From: Selaginella moellendorffii
Lineage: Eukaryota > Plantae > Lycopodiophyta
DNA length: 64,000 bases
NCBI RefSeq assembly: GCF_000143415.4
Contig: NW_003314264.1
Location: 4,205,229-4,269,228 of the forward strand
Direction: 5' to 3'
Shown here: piece by piece, positions 1 through 18,013 of the stretch
Layout: each line of letters begins with the position of its first letter
How positions within the stretch are numbered: position 1 is the stretch's first letter
Program-made: the position numbers and the translations under genes
Notes under the pieces: generated by a model
What the model was told of the DNA's origin: nothing
Database searches by the model: none
The model's input: only the letters and a program-made list of their open reading frames with translations

Positions 1-400
1 TAGCTTTCTTTGGTCACATTAGTTCCTCTAGAGTCCTCCCCTTATTATCCCACAAGGATTTACCAAACCTCTTAGGGTTTGGGAGAGGATTGCTTTGGGC
101 TTCCACCCATAAACTCGGATTTAGTCTCAAACTTAAATTCAAACTCGGTCTCAACTTCGATATTAATCATAATTGTAGTCTAGGACTTGTTCTTGGTCTC
201 GCTCTTGAACTCACTCTAAGACTCAATCTTGGACTTGACCTCCATATATCATGACATTTACCATGTGTTAGTCATTCTTTTATCCCTTTCTAATTAATTA
301 ACTAACTCGTTTATTAATTACTTCATATTTGTTCCTCAAATGTTTCTTTAGGAGTTCCACCCTTGCTCTTGACTTTCTGAGTTAGAGTTTTTGATCTAGT
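1..400 (-). mobile_element. Decayed, C>T/G>A-mutated inverted copy of part of the LTR found intact at 59969-61612
   Basis: 1-110 aligns by eye to the reverse complement of ~60615-60725 (gggtttgggagaggattgctttgggcttccacc vs gggtctgggagacgaacgctttgggctttcacc). 330-400 aligns to ~60065-60135 (ggagttccacccttgctcttgacttt). 110-240 is a decayed remnant of the hexamer array. Confidence 0.8.
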
Positions 401-1198
401 TTCAAAATAAATTATAGATATTCAATATGTATAGAATATTTTTATCTACTATATATATTGTATATATGGGTTTTATTGTTTACAACCTTCAAAATTATAT
501 AGTGTAATTTAAAACTATAATTCCAAACTATATCTATATACACGGACTTGTAATTTCTTTTTAGTTGGATGATAAAGGATTTGTGAATTGTAGTATCCAG
601 ACTCATTCATCATTTTGAACATCTAAACCTATTCTAAAAGGCCCCACAAAGGACACACCACACTACTTATAGCGTATGTGATTATAGAACGAGATTTGTC
701 AGGGTGAGTTTTTGAAACTTTGGGAGATATATAGAAATAAAATAACCACTAAGGGCTTTATTATTGCCTCTTTTTTAGCTAACTTCAAGAAAAAGATATA
801 ACACTACTTAGAACCTCTACTGAAGAAATATTTCCTTCTATCCTCCTAGTCACAACCTCCTTCTAGTAAAGACTTGAGGACATCCTTCAATAACTCCTAA
901 ACATACTTTGTCCTACCATTTTTAGTAATCAAGTTTGCATTATTTAAGAAGCAAAAAGTGTACATGCTATTTATTATCCCATTTATAAAAGTAGAAAAGC
1001 TATATCCCATGCACTTCCAATGACATCCCAACTATTAGACTCTCATTCTATATTGAAGCTTTGTATAGCTTCTAGCTCTAGATATTTGCATATATTGCTT
1101 GCTTTGCAGTAAATTGTGAGGCTCTAGAGGAGCATGTTGTGTGTGATGAGATCCAACTGATAATGTTTTTATGTCACATCTTCATTGAACAATCCTTC

Positions 1199-1393
1199 TG
1201 TAAGCTCCTTGAAGTTGGACTTCCCGGGAGGTCACCCAGCCCAGTACTATTCAAACCCAAGGACGCTTAACTCCAACTATCCCAAGACCCTTAACCGATT
1301 GGAAAAGGGGGTGCACTCTTGTTCATGGGCCCTTTCCCTCTATATTTGAACCCCATGGATCGTCTCTCAAGTCGTTCCCTTTGGTTGCTTACA
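1199..1393 (-). mobile_element. Cassandra-like (5S rRNA-containing) TRIM solo LTR, youngest copy
   Basis: Termini TGTAAGC...GCTTACA. 5-bp TSD CCTTC at 1194-1198 and 1394-1398. Reverse complement of 1217-1272 is AGTTAAGCGTCCTTGGGTTTGAATAGTACTGGGCTGGGTGACCTCCCGGGAAGTCC, matching the plant 5S rRNA internal promoter region (A-box/IE/C-box). Confidence 0.85.
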
Positions 1394-1440
1394 CCTTCTC
1401 AGTCGAAGATAGTTTTCAAGCAAATATAACAGTGTTATAG

Positions 1441-1620
1441 TGCAATCAATAAAAAAGAACGATTTGAGAGACAATCTATAAAGTTAAAATATAGAAGGAA
1501 AGGGCCCATAAATAATAATGCACCCTTTTTTTTAATCAGTTAAAGGTTTTGGGATATTTAGGGTTAAATATCCTTGGGTTTGGATAGTAGTTCTAAAAAG
1601 TCTAAATTTATAAGTTTACA
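1441..1620 (+). mobile_element. Cassandra-like solo LTR, decayed copy 2 (part of the 5S region deleted)
   Basis: Aligns to the reverse complement of 1199-1393. TG...TTTACA ends. TSD TATAG at 1436-1440 and 1621-1625. Confidence 0.8.
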
Positions 1621-2173
1621 TATAGGTGATGAAATTTGGCTCCACTTGTTTCTTCATTCTAACAAGAAGATATTTTTAACTTGAAAAGAAGTTTCTTTAT
1701 GTAAATAAACTAAAGAGAACCATGACTAAATACTCAAGAGCAACAATAGTTCTTGGACAGCTATTTTATAAACTTTATGTAACATAAACACTTGGGAATT
1801 GTGTGTCAAACCCCTCTAATCAACCTTGATCAATCCATGCAACATTAAGTGATCAAAAAAGAGAGCTAGAGTGAACTAATTTGAACAGTAACTCACCATG
1901 AGTTTTTAGTAAACTCAACACTTGATTTAGATTTAGTGCTTTTCATAGCGAGGTACACCAATAGCTGGCAAAAAAAAATACTAAACAAATATAATGATGA
2001 TGTACCTATCTATTGAAGAAGCAACTCTAAGATTGCTTCTAATCTACTAGAAATTCCCCTCATAGCTCCTAGTAGGGAAGAACTAGCAATGCCATACTTT
2101 TGAGCATGTTTTGTGTTGAAAATTTATATTTGCCATAGCTTTACTGTAAACATATGAAAAATCTTGATTAAAA

Positions 2174-2368
2174 TGTAAATAACCAAAGAGAACGATTCGA
2201 AAGATGATCCATAAAGGTTCAAAAATAAAGGGAAAGAGCCCATGAATAAAAGTGCATCCCTTTTTCTAATCAATGAAAGATTTTGGGATATATAAAGTTA
2301 AGTGTCTTTAGGTTTAAATAGTATTGGGTTAAATGACCTTCCGAAAAATCTAAATTCAAGAGTTTACA
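2174..2368 (+). mobile_element. Cassandra-like solo LTR, decayed copy 3
   Basis: Full-length (195 bp) alignment to the reverse complement of 1199-1393. TGTAAAT...TTTACA ends. TSD TAAAA at 2169-2173 and 2369-2373. Confidence 0.8.
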
Positions 2369-3688
2369 TAAAATTTACCATATATCTTTAGCTATAGCCA
2401 CCATGGTATAGACACCATGCCATAACTGTCTAAATTCTTAGTGTAGTCAATTTGGGTGGGATAGACTAGTGCCCAAGCTCATTACCACAAATATTCTATG
2501 TACACTTTATATACTCTTTTGATAAACTATGTTATGATTGATTGCATCATAAGGATTTTTATGTTAAAGAGCTATACTTATAAATTACATAATTAAACTA
2601 TAATATTTTAATTTAATAATATAGTCTTACTTTATAGTTCTTATATGTGTGTGGTTAATCAACAACTTTACAAACTCACAATCACTAAGATATTATATAA
2701 AAATCACAATGAATTGATCATCAATCAAGCAATCTCACAAGCAAACTATAGATATTTACACTTGTACCCATTGATAAATATTTAACACCTAATACCATAA
2801 GGTATAATAGAGGTATACATATACAGAAAAACATATATTGTAATTATGCTAATAAAGCATATAAACCATCTCTGATATAAACTGAATATGTTTCTATATA
2901 TAAGCAAAGATCTTTACTCTAATTAAGATATTTATTCCTATATCTTTAAGCATTTATCTAAATAATATATAATAATTGTCTAAATGCCACAAACATAATA
3001 TTACATCTAGTGGCCTATGTGCACATAGAATATCCAAAACCCATATGTCCAGACAGGTGGGCATGGGAGTCTCTGCAACTCTAAAGCTTACCATCTCACT
3101 TATTAGCCAAAAATATCAGCCTTTGGAGTGATGAGCCCCAATTCCAAGCTGCATAAGAGGAATTTTACACTTAGAAGGGACAGATTGGGCCACTATATTT
3201 CCATTTGCCAGCTTTGGAACAAGTAGGATGGGGCCAGACAAGGCATGAGTGCCCTTAAATGCCTAATTTTACACCCTTGAGAAGAGAGAAGGCAAAAACA
3301 CACTTTCACTAATCAAATCTAATTAAGGTGCCACAACTTGGCTATGAACCACTCTGTTCCACACCAGAATTCCCTCAACAACACTCTCAACCCCTTTGGG
3401 CAGATTGTTGACTTGAGCTCATCTAATCCATCCCATCCAATTTGTCCACACGAGCATAAACTAAGTTTTTGCTTAAGCCCTGCCCACTAGCCTTCTAGCA
3501 TGGAGATACATACTTCTTATGTTAATTGAGGAGAAGTATAAGGCAACCTCTAAAGCATTTGCAAAGACAAGATCTTTAGAAGCAATATAACTACCCAGCT
3601 ATCATCTTGGATCTCAAACCATATTGAAAAGAATTACAAATTTAAAACTCACCTTTATATCAAGTTTTATTGTTTACATATAACTAAA

Positions 3689-4621
3689 TTAAAATTTATT
3701 TTTCCAAACTATAGTTTTTAAATTATTCTTATAAAATACTACTGTTAAGTGTCTAGTATCTTCTATTGTTAAAATAGAATATACTAAGCATTTTGAGCAA
3801 AATACATTATTTTTCCATATAATATTTTTATTATCATCTATTATAAGTAAGTGACCATCTAGTTGAAGGTGAAGATAACAAAAAATACCAGCTCTTTCTG
3901 TCATTGTAGACCATATACTTATGTTTATTTCAATATCATCAATTACTAAATTACAGTTATTTAATTTAGCTCTAAATTTGTTATTAGAAGATATTAAACT
4001 ATTACTATTTATTATATGTGTCCCATAAAAATATAAAGGGCCATTTATTAGTTGTGCTCTATATGGCCAACGCTGATTATCAATTTTAACATAATTAATA
4101 TTAGGAGGTGGATTATTATCATCAGGTAAACCTTTTGGATATGGTATTTTAGGATATGCCTCATTAGGATCTCTTATAGCATTATTTTCAAGCCCAACAA
4201 AGTCTATTGAGAAGTATCTATATACTGTTCCAATCATTCCCAAACCATATAATCTAGCATGATACTCAACTAATCTTAAAATTTGTAAGAACGTATCTCG
4301 AATATATTGGCCAGAAAATTGATAATTAGCCGGAAGTGGATTGCAATTTATAAAATTTCTAAAACCTGAAGGAATAATATAAATCCTAATCATAACTGCT
4401 TGATAACCAATACTAATAACTTCAAAAAGATAAAACCCATTATTGTTAAAAATTATTGGTTGATTAATATCAATACTATCTATTAAACGTCTTATTCGAG
4501 CTATAATATTCCCAATATTTCTATTACTAAAATGACCAAGCAGTCCAATCCATCTTGTTTGAGGTGGTTGAGCATAGCATAAACTAGTAAATATAATTAA
4601 TAAAAAGAATTTAAAAAACAT
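3689..4621 (-). CDS. Secreted protein: signal peptide + unknown ~130 aa domain + Pro-rich linker + C-terminal bulb-type (GNA/B-type) lectin domain
   Basis: Intronless 310 aa ORF. Hydrophobic N-terminus MFFKFFLLIIFTSLCYA. C-terminal LISSNNKFRAKLNNCNLVI..IWST..CYLHLQLDGHLLIIDDNKNIIWK matches the B-lectin beta-prism repeat pattern. A decayed paralog lies at ~59.2-59.65 kb. Confidence 0.75.
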   Translation of the reverse strand: MFFKFFLLIIFTSLCYAQPPQTRWIGLLGHFSNRNIGNIIARIRRLIDSIDINQPIIFNNNGFYLFEVISIGYQAVMIRIYIIPSGFRNFINCNPLPANYQFSGQYIRDTFLQILRLVEYHARLYGLGMIGTVYRYFSIDFVGLENNAIRDPNEAYPKIPYPKGLPDDNNPPPNINYVKIDNQRWPYRAQLINGPLYFYGTHIINSNSLISSNNKFRAKLNNCNLVIDDIEINISIWSTMTERAGIFCYLHLQLDGHLLIIDDNKNIIWKNNVFCSKCLVYSILTIEDTRHLTVVFYKNNLKTIVWKNKF

Positions 4622-5360
4622 GGTAAGAAACTTATAGAAATATAATACACTAGATAAGAGGAGTTTCTTATATTTAATACTAAATATTCTAGATTATGCA
4701 TAAAGTAACCTTCTTTATATTAAAAATAATAATTAAATCTAATCACTATTATTTTCATCTAAATATTTTATATTAATGTTTAAAGTATGTATGGATATGT
4801 TTATAATAGTATATTTAATAATAAATCTAAGATAAAGGCTTTGTGAATAATTTTTTATTTATAAATTATATTATTATATTTTATGGAAAAGAAATAGTGA
4901 ATGTTACTTTGAAAAAGATACTAAAACCTTGTAGTTATGCTTTCATTGTGAATCTTGGGGCTCTTCTTTGGTTGGATCCTTTGGTTTCTCGTCTTTTGCT
5001 TTGACGTTCTCGCTCATACATCCTTGTTGTCTGTAAGAGAGCAAAATGAAAAAGAAACTTCCATTCGATGACTGATGTCTGATGTTTATTTTTTAATTTG
5101 TGAGCGGGTGCTCAATGGAGGCGTCCAAAATGATACAGCGGTTTCTTCGAGAGAGATGGCAAATCTACAAACGAAGGCGTAAGATTGTGTCTCAGTTTTC
5201 TTGCACAAGGAGTTTGACAAGGTAAATGCTGGTGTCAAGACGACGCTGCTAGGTTTCTTGAACAAAGAGATGTTATAGTTTCTAGCATGCTTGTTGAACA
5301 TTTCAATATATGCTGACATGTATTTACGGAACTTATCACTAAACTTGAAGTGGACCTTAA

Positions 5361-7459
<2,099 letters not shown>

Positions 7460-7600
7460 GAGCTCTACTGTACGGTACAGTGTGTTGTATGTACAAGTAT
7501 GTAAAAACTAGCTTGCCAAGTGGCGACCTTTTATTTGGCAACAAAGCGGGCTTTCCCTCTTCTTCGGAATCAGTAGAGCTGCTGGCTAGGGTTTGGAGCG

Positions 7601-9115
7601 ATGGTGCCCGAGGCTGCGACTGGCGGGGAGGAGGCGGAGGTGCCTCTCAGCGATGGCGGCGCAGCTATGGACGAGGTAAATGCCGCTGCTCCTGCGCCTG
7701 AGGAAGACGAAGGAAAGGAGGAGAATGCAGAGAACGGGGAGGAAGAGGAACAAGAAGCCACAGTGGAGAATGCCGCGAAGCTGTTTGAGTCGGGATGCAA
7801 TGCTCTCAAGGCTGGAGATTTAGAGAGCGCATCGAATGATCTCTGCAAGGCGCTAGAAATGAGGTACTCTTGTGGAGAGACAATGCCAGTGGCTGATTGT
7901 AGTGCTTTTCTTTTTGTGGTTTCTATTTCTTTGCAGGGTGATGCTTCACGGCGAGCTTGCTCCAGAGTGTGCATCGGCTTACTACAAGTATGGGTCGTGT
8001 CTTCTCTACAAGGTTCAAGCGGAGAGGGATATTTTCTCCGAGGCTACTCCGGCTAAGGAGAAAGGAGTAACGATTTCTGAGCCAGCAGAAGCGGAAGAAG
8101 GTTAGTTTTTCTTTTATTCTTTTTAAGCGCTGTGGTATAACTTAGGAAATGTTCCGCAGAGAGCAATGAAGCAGAGGAGAAAGTTGAAGGAGAAGACGGT
8201 GAAGATATCCAGGAAGAAGAGGAGTCTGATTTGGAGCTAGCCTGGAAGATGATGGACATTGCACGGGTGATCCACGAAAGGCAGCACACGCACACTTTGG
8301 AGGAGGTGGATGTAATCTCTGGCCTGGCTGACATAAGTCTCGAGAAAGGTTGGTGACCAGATGCTGTTAGCTGTGGGAACTAAACCTTTGCATTGTTCCT
8401 TTCAGAGGATTTTCAAACTTGTTTGGATGACTACAGCAAAGCACTGGAAATTCTCAAGGGACTCGTGGAGCCGGATAATCGTCAACTGGCAGAGCTGTAT
8501 GCTACTGATGAGACTTTGGTGTTAACCTTGACCCTTTCTTGACAGATATTTTAAGATGGCTCTGGCGAAGCAGCTCTCGAAAGCTCCCAAAGAAGCGATC
8601 GAGTGCTGTCACCTGGCTGTGGCTGTTTGCGAGAACCGCCTGGAAAGGCTCAAAGGAGAGGTCACTTGTCGAGACGAGGAGATCAAGGAAATGGAATTGC
8701 TGCTTGTTGATCTCAAAGAAAAGGTATCGTGGTACAAGTATTACTTGTTTTCTCATCTTTGATTTTGTTTGTGACACAGGTGGACGAGCTGCATCAAATG
8801 GCTGCCGCTCCTCCACTCTTGGAAGTCTTGGAAGCAGAGAACCCTGTAGTGGCGGAGACTGTGAAGCAGACATTCATGGCCGTGGCTGATATGGCGAGCA
8901 ATGGAAGCAAGGCACCGATGGAGACAACAACAACAACGATGACAACTCCCTCCACTTCCAAGGACGCGGTAATAAATCTGGGAGTTGTGGGACGAGGGAT
9001 CAAACGTGCTACTCCAGTCCTGATCACTGACAATGGAAGCGTCGCCAAAGTTTCAAAGGCATTCGAGGGAGACACGGCATCCGCTGGAGATGGATCATCG
9101 AAAAAGGCAGACTAG
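7601..9115 (+). CDS. NASP/SIM3-like TPR histone H3 chaperone, multi-exon
   Basis: HGELAPECASAYYKYGSCLLYKVQAE, acidic insert, ESDLELAWKMMDIARVI, C-terminal LGVVGRGIKR motif. Confidence 0.85.
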
Positions 9116-9484
9116 TCTTCCATCGACTTCATAACGTTGAGAGGTACTCAACTTAAAGCTTTGTCTCTAATCCTTATAATCTTCTATTTTGCAGTACCAA
9201 ACGATGCCTTTTGGAAGAGAAAGAGACACTCCAAGTCCAAGAAAAAAATTGTTTCTTTCAACTGACTGAAGCTCATAGCCAAGACCAAGGAATTTTACTT
9301 GTCGAGAGAAGAGAGGAGAAATCTGTGACAATGTCAAAACGTGGAAGAAAGCAAACAAAAGAGAAGCCACGTAGCTATGCACGTTTGAAAAAATATGCCA
9401 CAAGAGCCCTAAAAGGGTATCTAGGGTTTAGGAGCTCTTCCTTCCATTCGGCGTTGGTGCGTGGAGCTGGATCTGGCGCGCGCA

Positions 9485-10508
9485 ATGGCGGTAACCAGAA
9501 ATCTTGCAGCTAGAGAGCATTGTCGTGCTATGTGGGAAATTCGCCTTGCAGAATAACACCGTCCGTGTCACAAATCTCTCGATCAGGGCCACCCAGCAGG
9601 ACATCCTCAACTTCTTCTCCTTCTCCGGAGAGATCCAAAACGTCGAGCTTGAGAGGCAACATTTCTTTCTCCTCTTCTTGCTTGATCTCGAACTTTCGTG
9701 GGAAATTTTCTTTTTTCGCAGGGATGGAGAAGCCTCCCAGGTCGCCCATGTAACATTCAAAGACCCTGACGCTGTGGACACTGCACTCTTGTTGTCTGTA
9801 AGTCTCGATTCTCGGCTCCGATTCCTTTGTTTTTCATTTTTTTTGTTCCACAGGGCGCTACAATCGTCGATCAATCTGTGCTAATCGCTCCCGTGGAAGA
9901 CTGGACGCCATCGAACCAAGTGGTATTTCTCCCAGCTTTTAGCAACTTTTCTTCCATTCTCTCACATTTTTCCAACTCAGGCTGGATCATCCGTTCCCGA
10001 GAACAAAGCCCAGGCCGTGATCACCACCATGCTCGCCAAAGGCTTCGTTCTCGGCAAGGACGCCATGGGAAAGGCCAAAGCTTTCGACGACAAGCACCGC
10101 TTCACGGCAAGCGCAACCGCGACGATGGCCGACATCGACAAGAAGATTGGCTTCCGAGAGAAGATCAACGCCGGGACAGCGGCGGTGAATCAAGGCGTCC
10201 GAGCAGTGGATCAAAAGTTCCAGGTCTCGGAGAAGACGAAGACGGCCTTCACCGCGGCCGAGCAAAAGATGTCGAGCGCCGGGTCGGCCTTGATGAAGAA
10301 CAAGTATATCTTCACCGGGGCGAGCTGGGTGACGGGAGCATTCAACAAGGTGGCCAAGGCAGCCAACGATGTGTCGCAGAAAACCAAGGAGAAGGTCGAG
10401 AAGGAGGAGCAAGTTGGGGGGATCAAACGCCAGCCCAGTGGCGATTCTACCCCGAGAACTGCCGAGCTCTTCCCGGACGAAGCCATGCCTCAAGCTCATC
10501 ACGTTTGA
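9485..10508 (+). CDS. RRM protein, binding partner of ACD11 (BPA1)-like, multi-exon
   Basis: TVRVTNLSIRATQQDILNFFSFSGEI, VAHVTFKDPDAVDTALLLSGATIVDQSV, MLAKGFVLGKDAMGKAKAFDDKH, YIFTGASWVTGAF. Confidence 0.88.
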
Positions 10509-10671
10509 TTCTTGTAGTGGTTTCTCTCCTTTCTCTCTTCTTTCGCTTTATTTTTTCTTGCTCGCAAGCTTCCTTCCATTTCCATGTAAAATTGTCAAAT
10601 ATATATTGTCTCTTTGTTTATAGCAATTCATAGTTCCTTGGTTTGGGACTTGGAAAATTTAGGGCTTGCCG

Positions 10672-14725
<4,054 letters not shown>

Positions 14726-14931
14726 TCGCGAGTATAGAGACAGGAAATCTCTTGTAACATAGCATGTTTTTTGTCTGACGGAAGAGAGCTAGATTGATAA
14801 GAGTATCGGACGGCTCTTGTTGTGGATACCATCCTCATCTCTTGTGATATTTTGCAGCACATCGTGCGGTCGAGGATGCGCCACGTGGCAGTGTGGCCTT
14901 AGTTTATTTCAGTTCATCGTTTTTACTTTAC

Positions 14932-17664
14932 ATGGCCATGGAGCTCGGAAGAGCGACCATGGTGCTCGGCGGTGCGTCCGCCAGCACGGATTTCTCGCGA
15001 TTGATGAGCGTAAGCTCCACCAGCGCGAGCGCATTGGATAGGGCTTGGAGGCGTGGCAGGAGCGCCTTGGAATGGCGTGGCGGTAGCAATCGGCAGAGGC
15101 GAGAGGTATGAAATTCGAGCTCCCGAGAGAAAATGCGGGGATTCTTCGTCTAAAATCGCTCTGGTTTTTGTAGAGAGCCTGGCTGCGAGCGATTGATTGC
15201 TGGGAGAGTAGCTTGAGACGTCGGGGGTCACACTGGAAGGTATCGGCAGTGTCCACGTCTGTGAAAGAAGTAGCCCAGGAGGTAGAGTCTTCTTCTTTGC
15301 CTTTCAATTTTCTCGAGGAGGATGATAGTGAGAAGGCAACCTCAAAGAAAGGCAAGGGCGGCACCACAGGGGCGTCGTCAGTGTCTTCCGGCGTTAGGCT
15401 GGAACACATTAGCAAAACTTTCAAAGGCACTGCTCTACTTAGAGATATCAACTGGGAGGTGAAGAAAGGAGAGAAAGTTGGGCTGGTTGGAATCAATGGA
15501 GCTGGGAAAACCACGCAATTGAAGATTATATCAGGGGAAGAACAGCCAGATTCTGGGACTGTGCTTAAGGCCAAGCCGAACATGAAGATCGCGTTTCTCA
15601 CGCAGGAGTTTGAGGTGGTTCCGACCAGAACTTTGAGGGAGGAGTTCCTCAGCGCTTTCAAGGAGCAAATGGAGATATCGAGGAGGATTGAGCAAGTCCA
15701 AAAGGCTCTCGAGACCGCCACCGAGGACATGGCGTTGATGGGGAAGTTGCTGGACGAACTAGACAAGCTCCAAAAGAAGGCCGAGGCGACTGATCTCTAC
15801 GACGTCGACGTGAAAGTGAACAAAGTTATGCCGGAGCTGGGATTCTCGCAAGATGATAATGATCGCTTGGTGGCATCGTACAGTGGAGGGTGGCAAATGC
15901 GTATGTCACTGGGTAAGATCTTACTCCAGGTATGCTTTCAAGTGTTCTTTTCTCCTTTCTGTTCCTCAAGGCAAGTTCAACTTCCAGGAACCTGATCTCT
16001 TACTTCTGGACGAGCCGACGAATCATTTGGACATGGACACAATTGAGTGGCTTGAAGGCTATTTGAAAAAGATCGAGGTGCCCATGGTGGTTGTCTCTCA
16101 CGACCGAGCTTTCCTGGATCAGCTGTGTACGAAAATTGTAGAGACGGACATGGGAGTGTCAAGAACATACGAAGGAAACTACAGTAACTACGTGCAGGCC
16201 AGAACGACGTGGGCTGCAGAACAGGAAATGAAGTGGAGAAAGCAGCAAAAGGAAATAGCTCAAGCCAAGGAAAATGTTAGCAGTGCTAACAGTGGACAGG
16301 CAACATCAGCTAAACGGGTACATTTTGACGTCCTTTCTCGATAGTCTCAAGTAACCCGCGTTTTTATTTCTTTTGCAGCAACTTGAAAAGATTCAAGAGA
16401 AGGATCTTGTGGAAAAGCCTTTTGAGCACAAGTCGATAAGGTTTCGTTTTCCTGAAGCTGGACGGAGTGGTCGCATGGTTGCTAGTGTAAAAGATCTCAC
16501 CCTCCAGTACGGGGAAAAGGTTAGCTTTCTTTTTTATTTGTATCATCCCGTGCTTATCAGTCGCTTTGTGTGCAGGTTTTGTTCAAAAGTGCAAACATGA
16601 ATGTGGAAAGAGGCGAGAAACTTGCAATTATAGGTCCAAATGGTTGTGGCAAGAGCACCTTACTGCGCCTGATTCTGGGTTATGAGAAACCAACCCGTGG
16701 AGATATAACTCTCGGCGAGCATCGAGTTGTACCCAACTACTTTGAGCAGAATCAGGTTCTTTGGTTCTTCTCCCAGCGAAGAAATGGCTTCTCACCGTTA
16801 GTGATGCCAGGCTGAGGCATTGGATCTTAACAAAACGGTCTTGGAAACAGTGGAAGAAGTAGCCGAGGACTGGAGGCTCGACGACATCAAAGGCCTGCTT
16901 GGAAAGTGCAACTTCAAGGCTGAGATGTTTCCCAGGAAAGCGGCCTTTTTGAGTGGAGGCGAAAAGGTGACAAGTGCTTTTTACCAGTTTGTTCCCCCAT
17001 TAATACTTCCTTGACAGGCTCGGTTGGCATTTTGCAAATTCATGGTCAAGCCTTCGACTTTGCTCGTACTGGACGAGCCTACAAACCACCTTGACATTCC
17101 TACGAAAGAAATGCTGGAGGTATGAAAGCTAATCGTGCCTTGAGGACCGGCAGTAACGAGCTGATGGTTTTCCAACTCGCAGGAGGCTCTGAGAGAATAC
17201 CACGGCACGGTTCTCGTCGTCTCGCACGATCGCTACTTTGTGCGGCAGATTGTCAACAGAGTCGTGGAAGTGAAGAACGGACGACTGGAAGACTATAACG
17301 GAGACTACAACGTAAGCATCTCTAATTCTCGCATTGCTGCTCACACACTGCTCTTCTTTGGCAGTACTATCTCGAAAAGAACTTGGAGGCACGGAGAAAG
17401 GAGCTCGAGAGGGAGCAAGAGCTGGAAGGCAAGGCCCCGTCAGTGAAAGCCAAGTCCAAGATGTCCAAGGTACCTTGACTCTTTACTAAAAATCAAACTA
17501 AAACACATTAGGACGACTAAGAACGATTCAAAGCTTTCGTCTAAAACTTCTATTGTTCGTTGTTCCAGGCTGAGAAGGAACTCCAGAAGAAACAAAAGGC
17601 CCAATCGTACCAGCAGAAAAACTCCAAAGGAAAGTTGTCAAAGAATTCCAAGCGCTGGAATTAA
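14932..17664 (+). CDS. ABC-F family soluble ATPase (ABCF5-like, probably plastid-targeted), multi-exon
   Basis: Two NBDs: GLVGINGAGKTT / YSGGWQMRMSL / LLLDEPTNHLD and GPNGCGKST / LSGGEKARL / LDEPTNHLD. No transmembrane domain. Transit-like N-terminus; C-terminus KNSKRWN*. Confidence 0.93.
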
Positions 17665-18013
17665 TAGAGTCAATTCCTTTGTACAGGATCGAGCCAATCA
17701 ATCAAACGGTCGTTATCTAAGTGTAATCGTGTTTATACTTAACCGAGCAATAGCTTTAGGGTTCTTGAGTGTCAATTTTAAACTAGCAAAATAGGGTTCT
17801 TGAGAGTGGTGGTCCACGCGGAGAGCACTGTGGACGGCGACAAAAGAGGTTGAATTGGCGCTTGTTCCTTTTGAGCCGGCGGGTAAGATGTGAGATTATG
17901 GGAATTGGAGGCCAGGCGAGGCCAGTCAACTCCGATTTGCGGAATAATTTGGGGACAAAACGAAATGCAGCAGTGGCACGCGGGCGCTGGCGATGCTGCT
18001 CGCCTAGATCCGC

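Noticed and set aside
1217-1272. 5S rRNA gene
   Set aside because: Only the 3' internal promoter half is present, embedded in a TG..CA unit with a TSD, so it is transposon-borne rather than a 5S gene.
2990-3620. CpG-depleted coding-like stretch, possibly a LINE remnant
   Set aside because: Many stops and no motif I can confidently assign.
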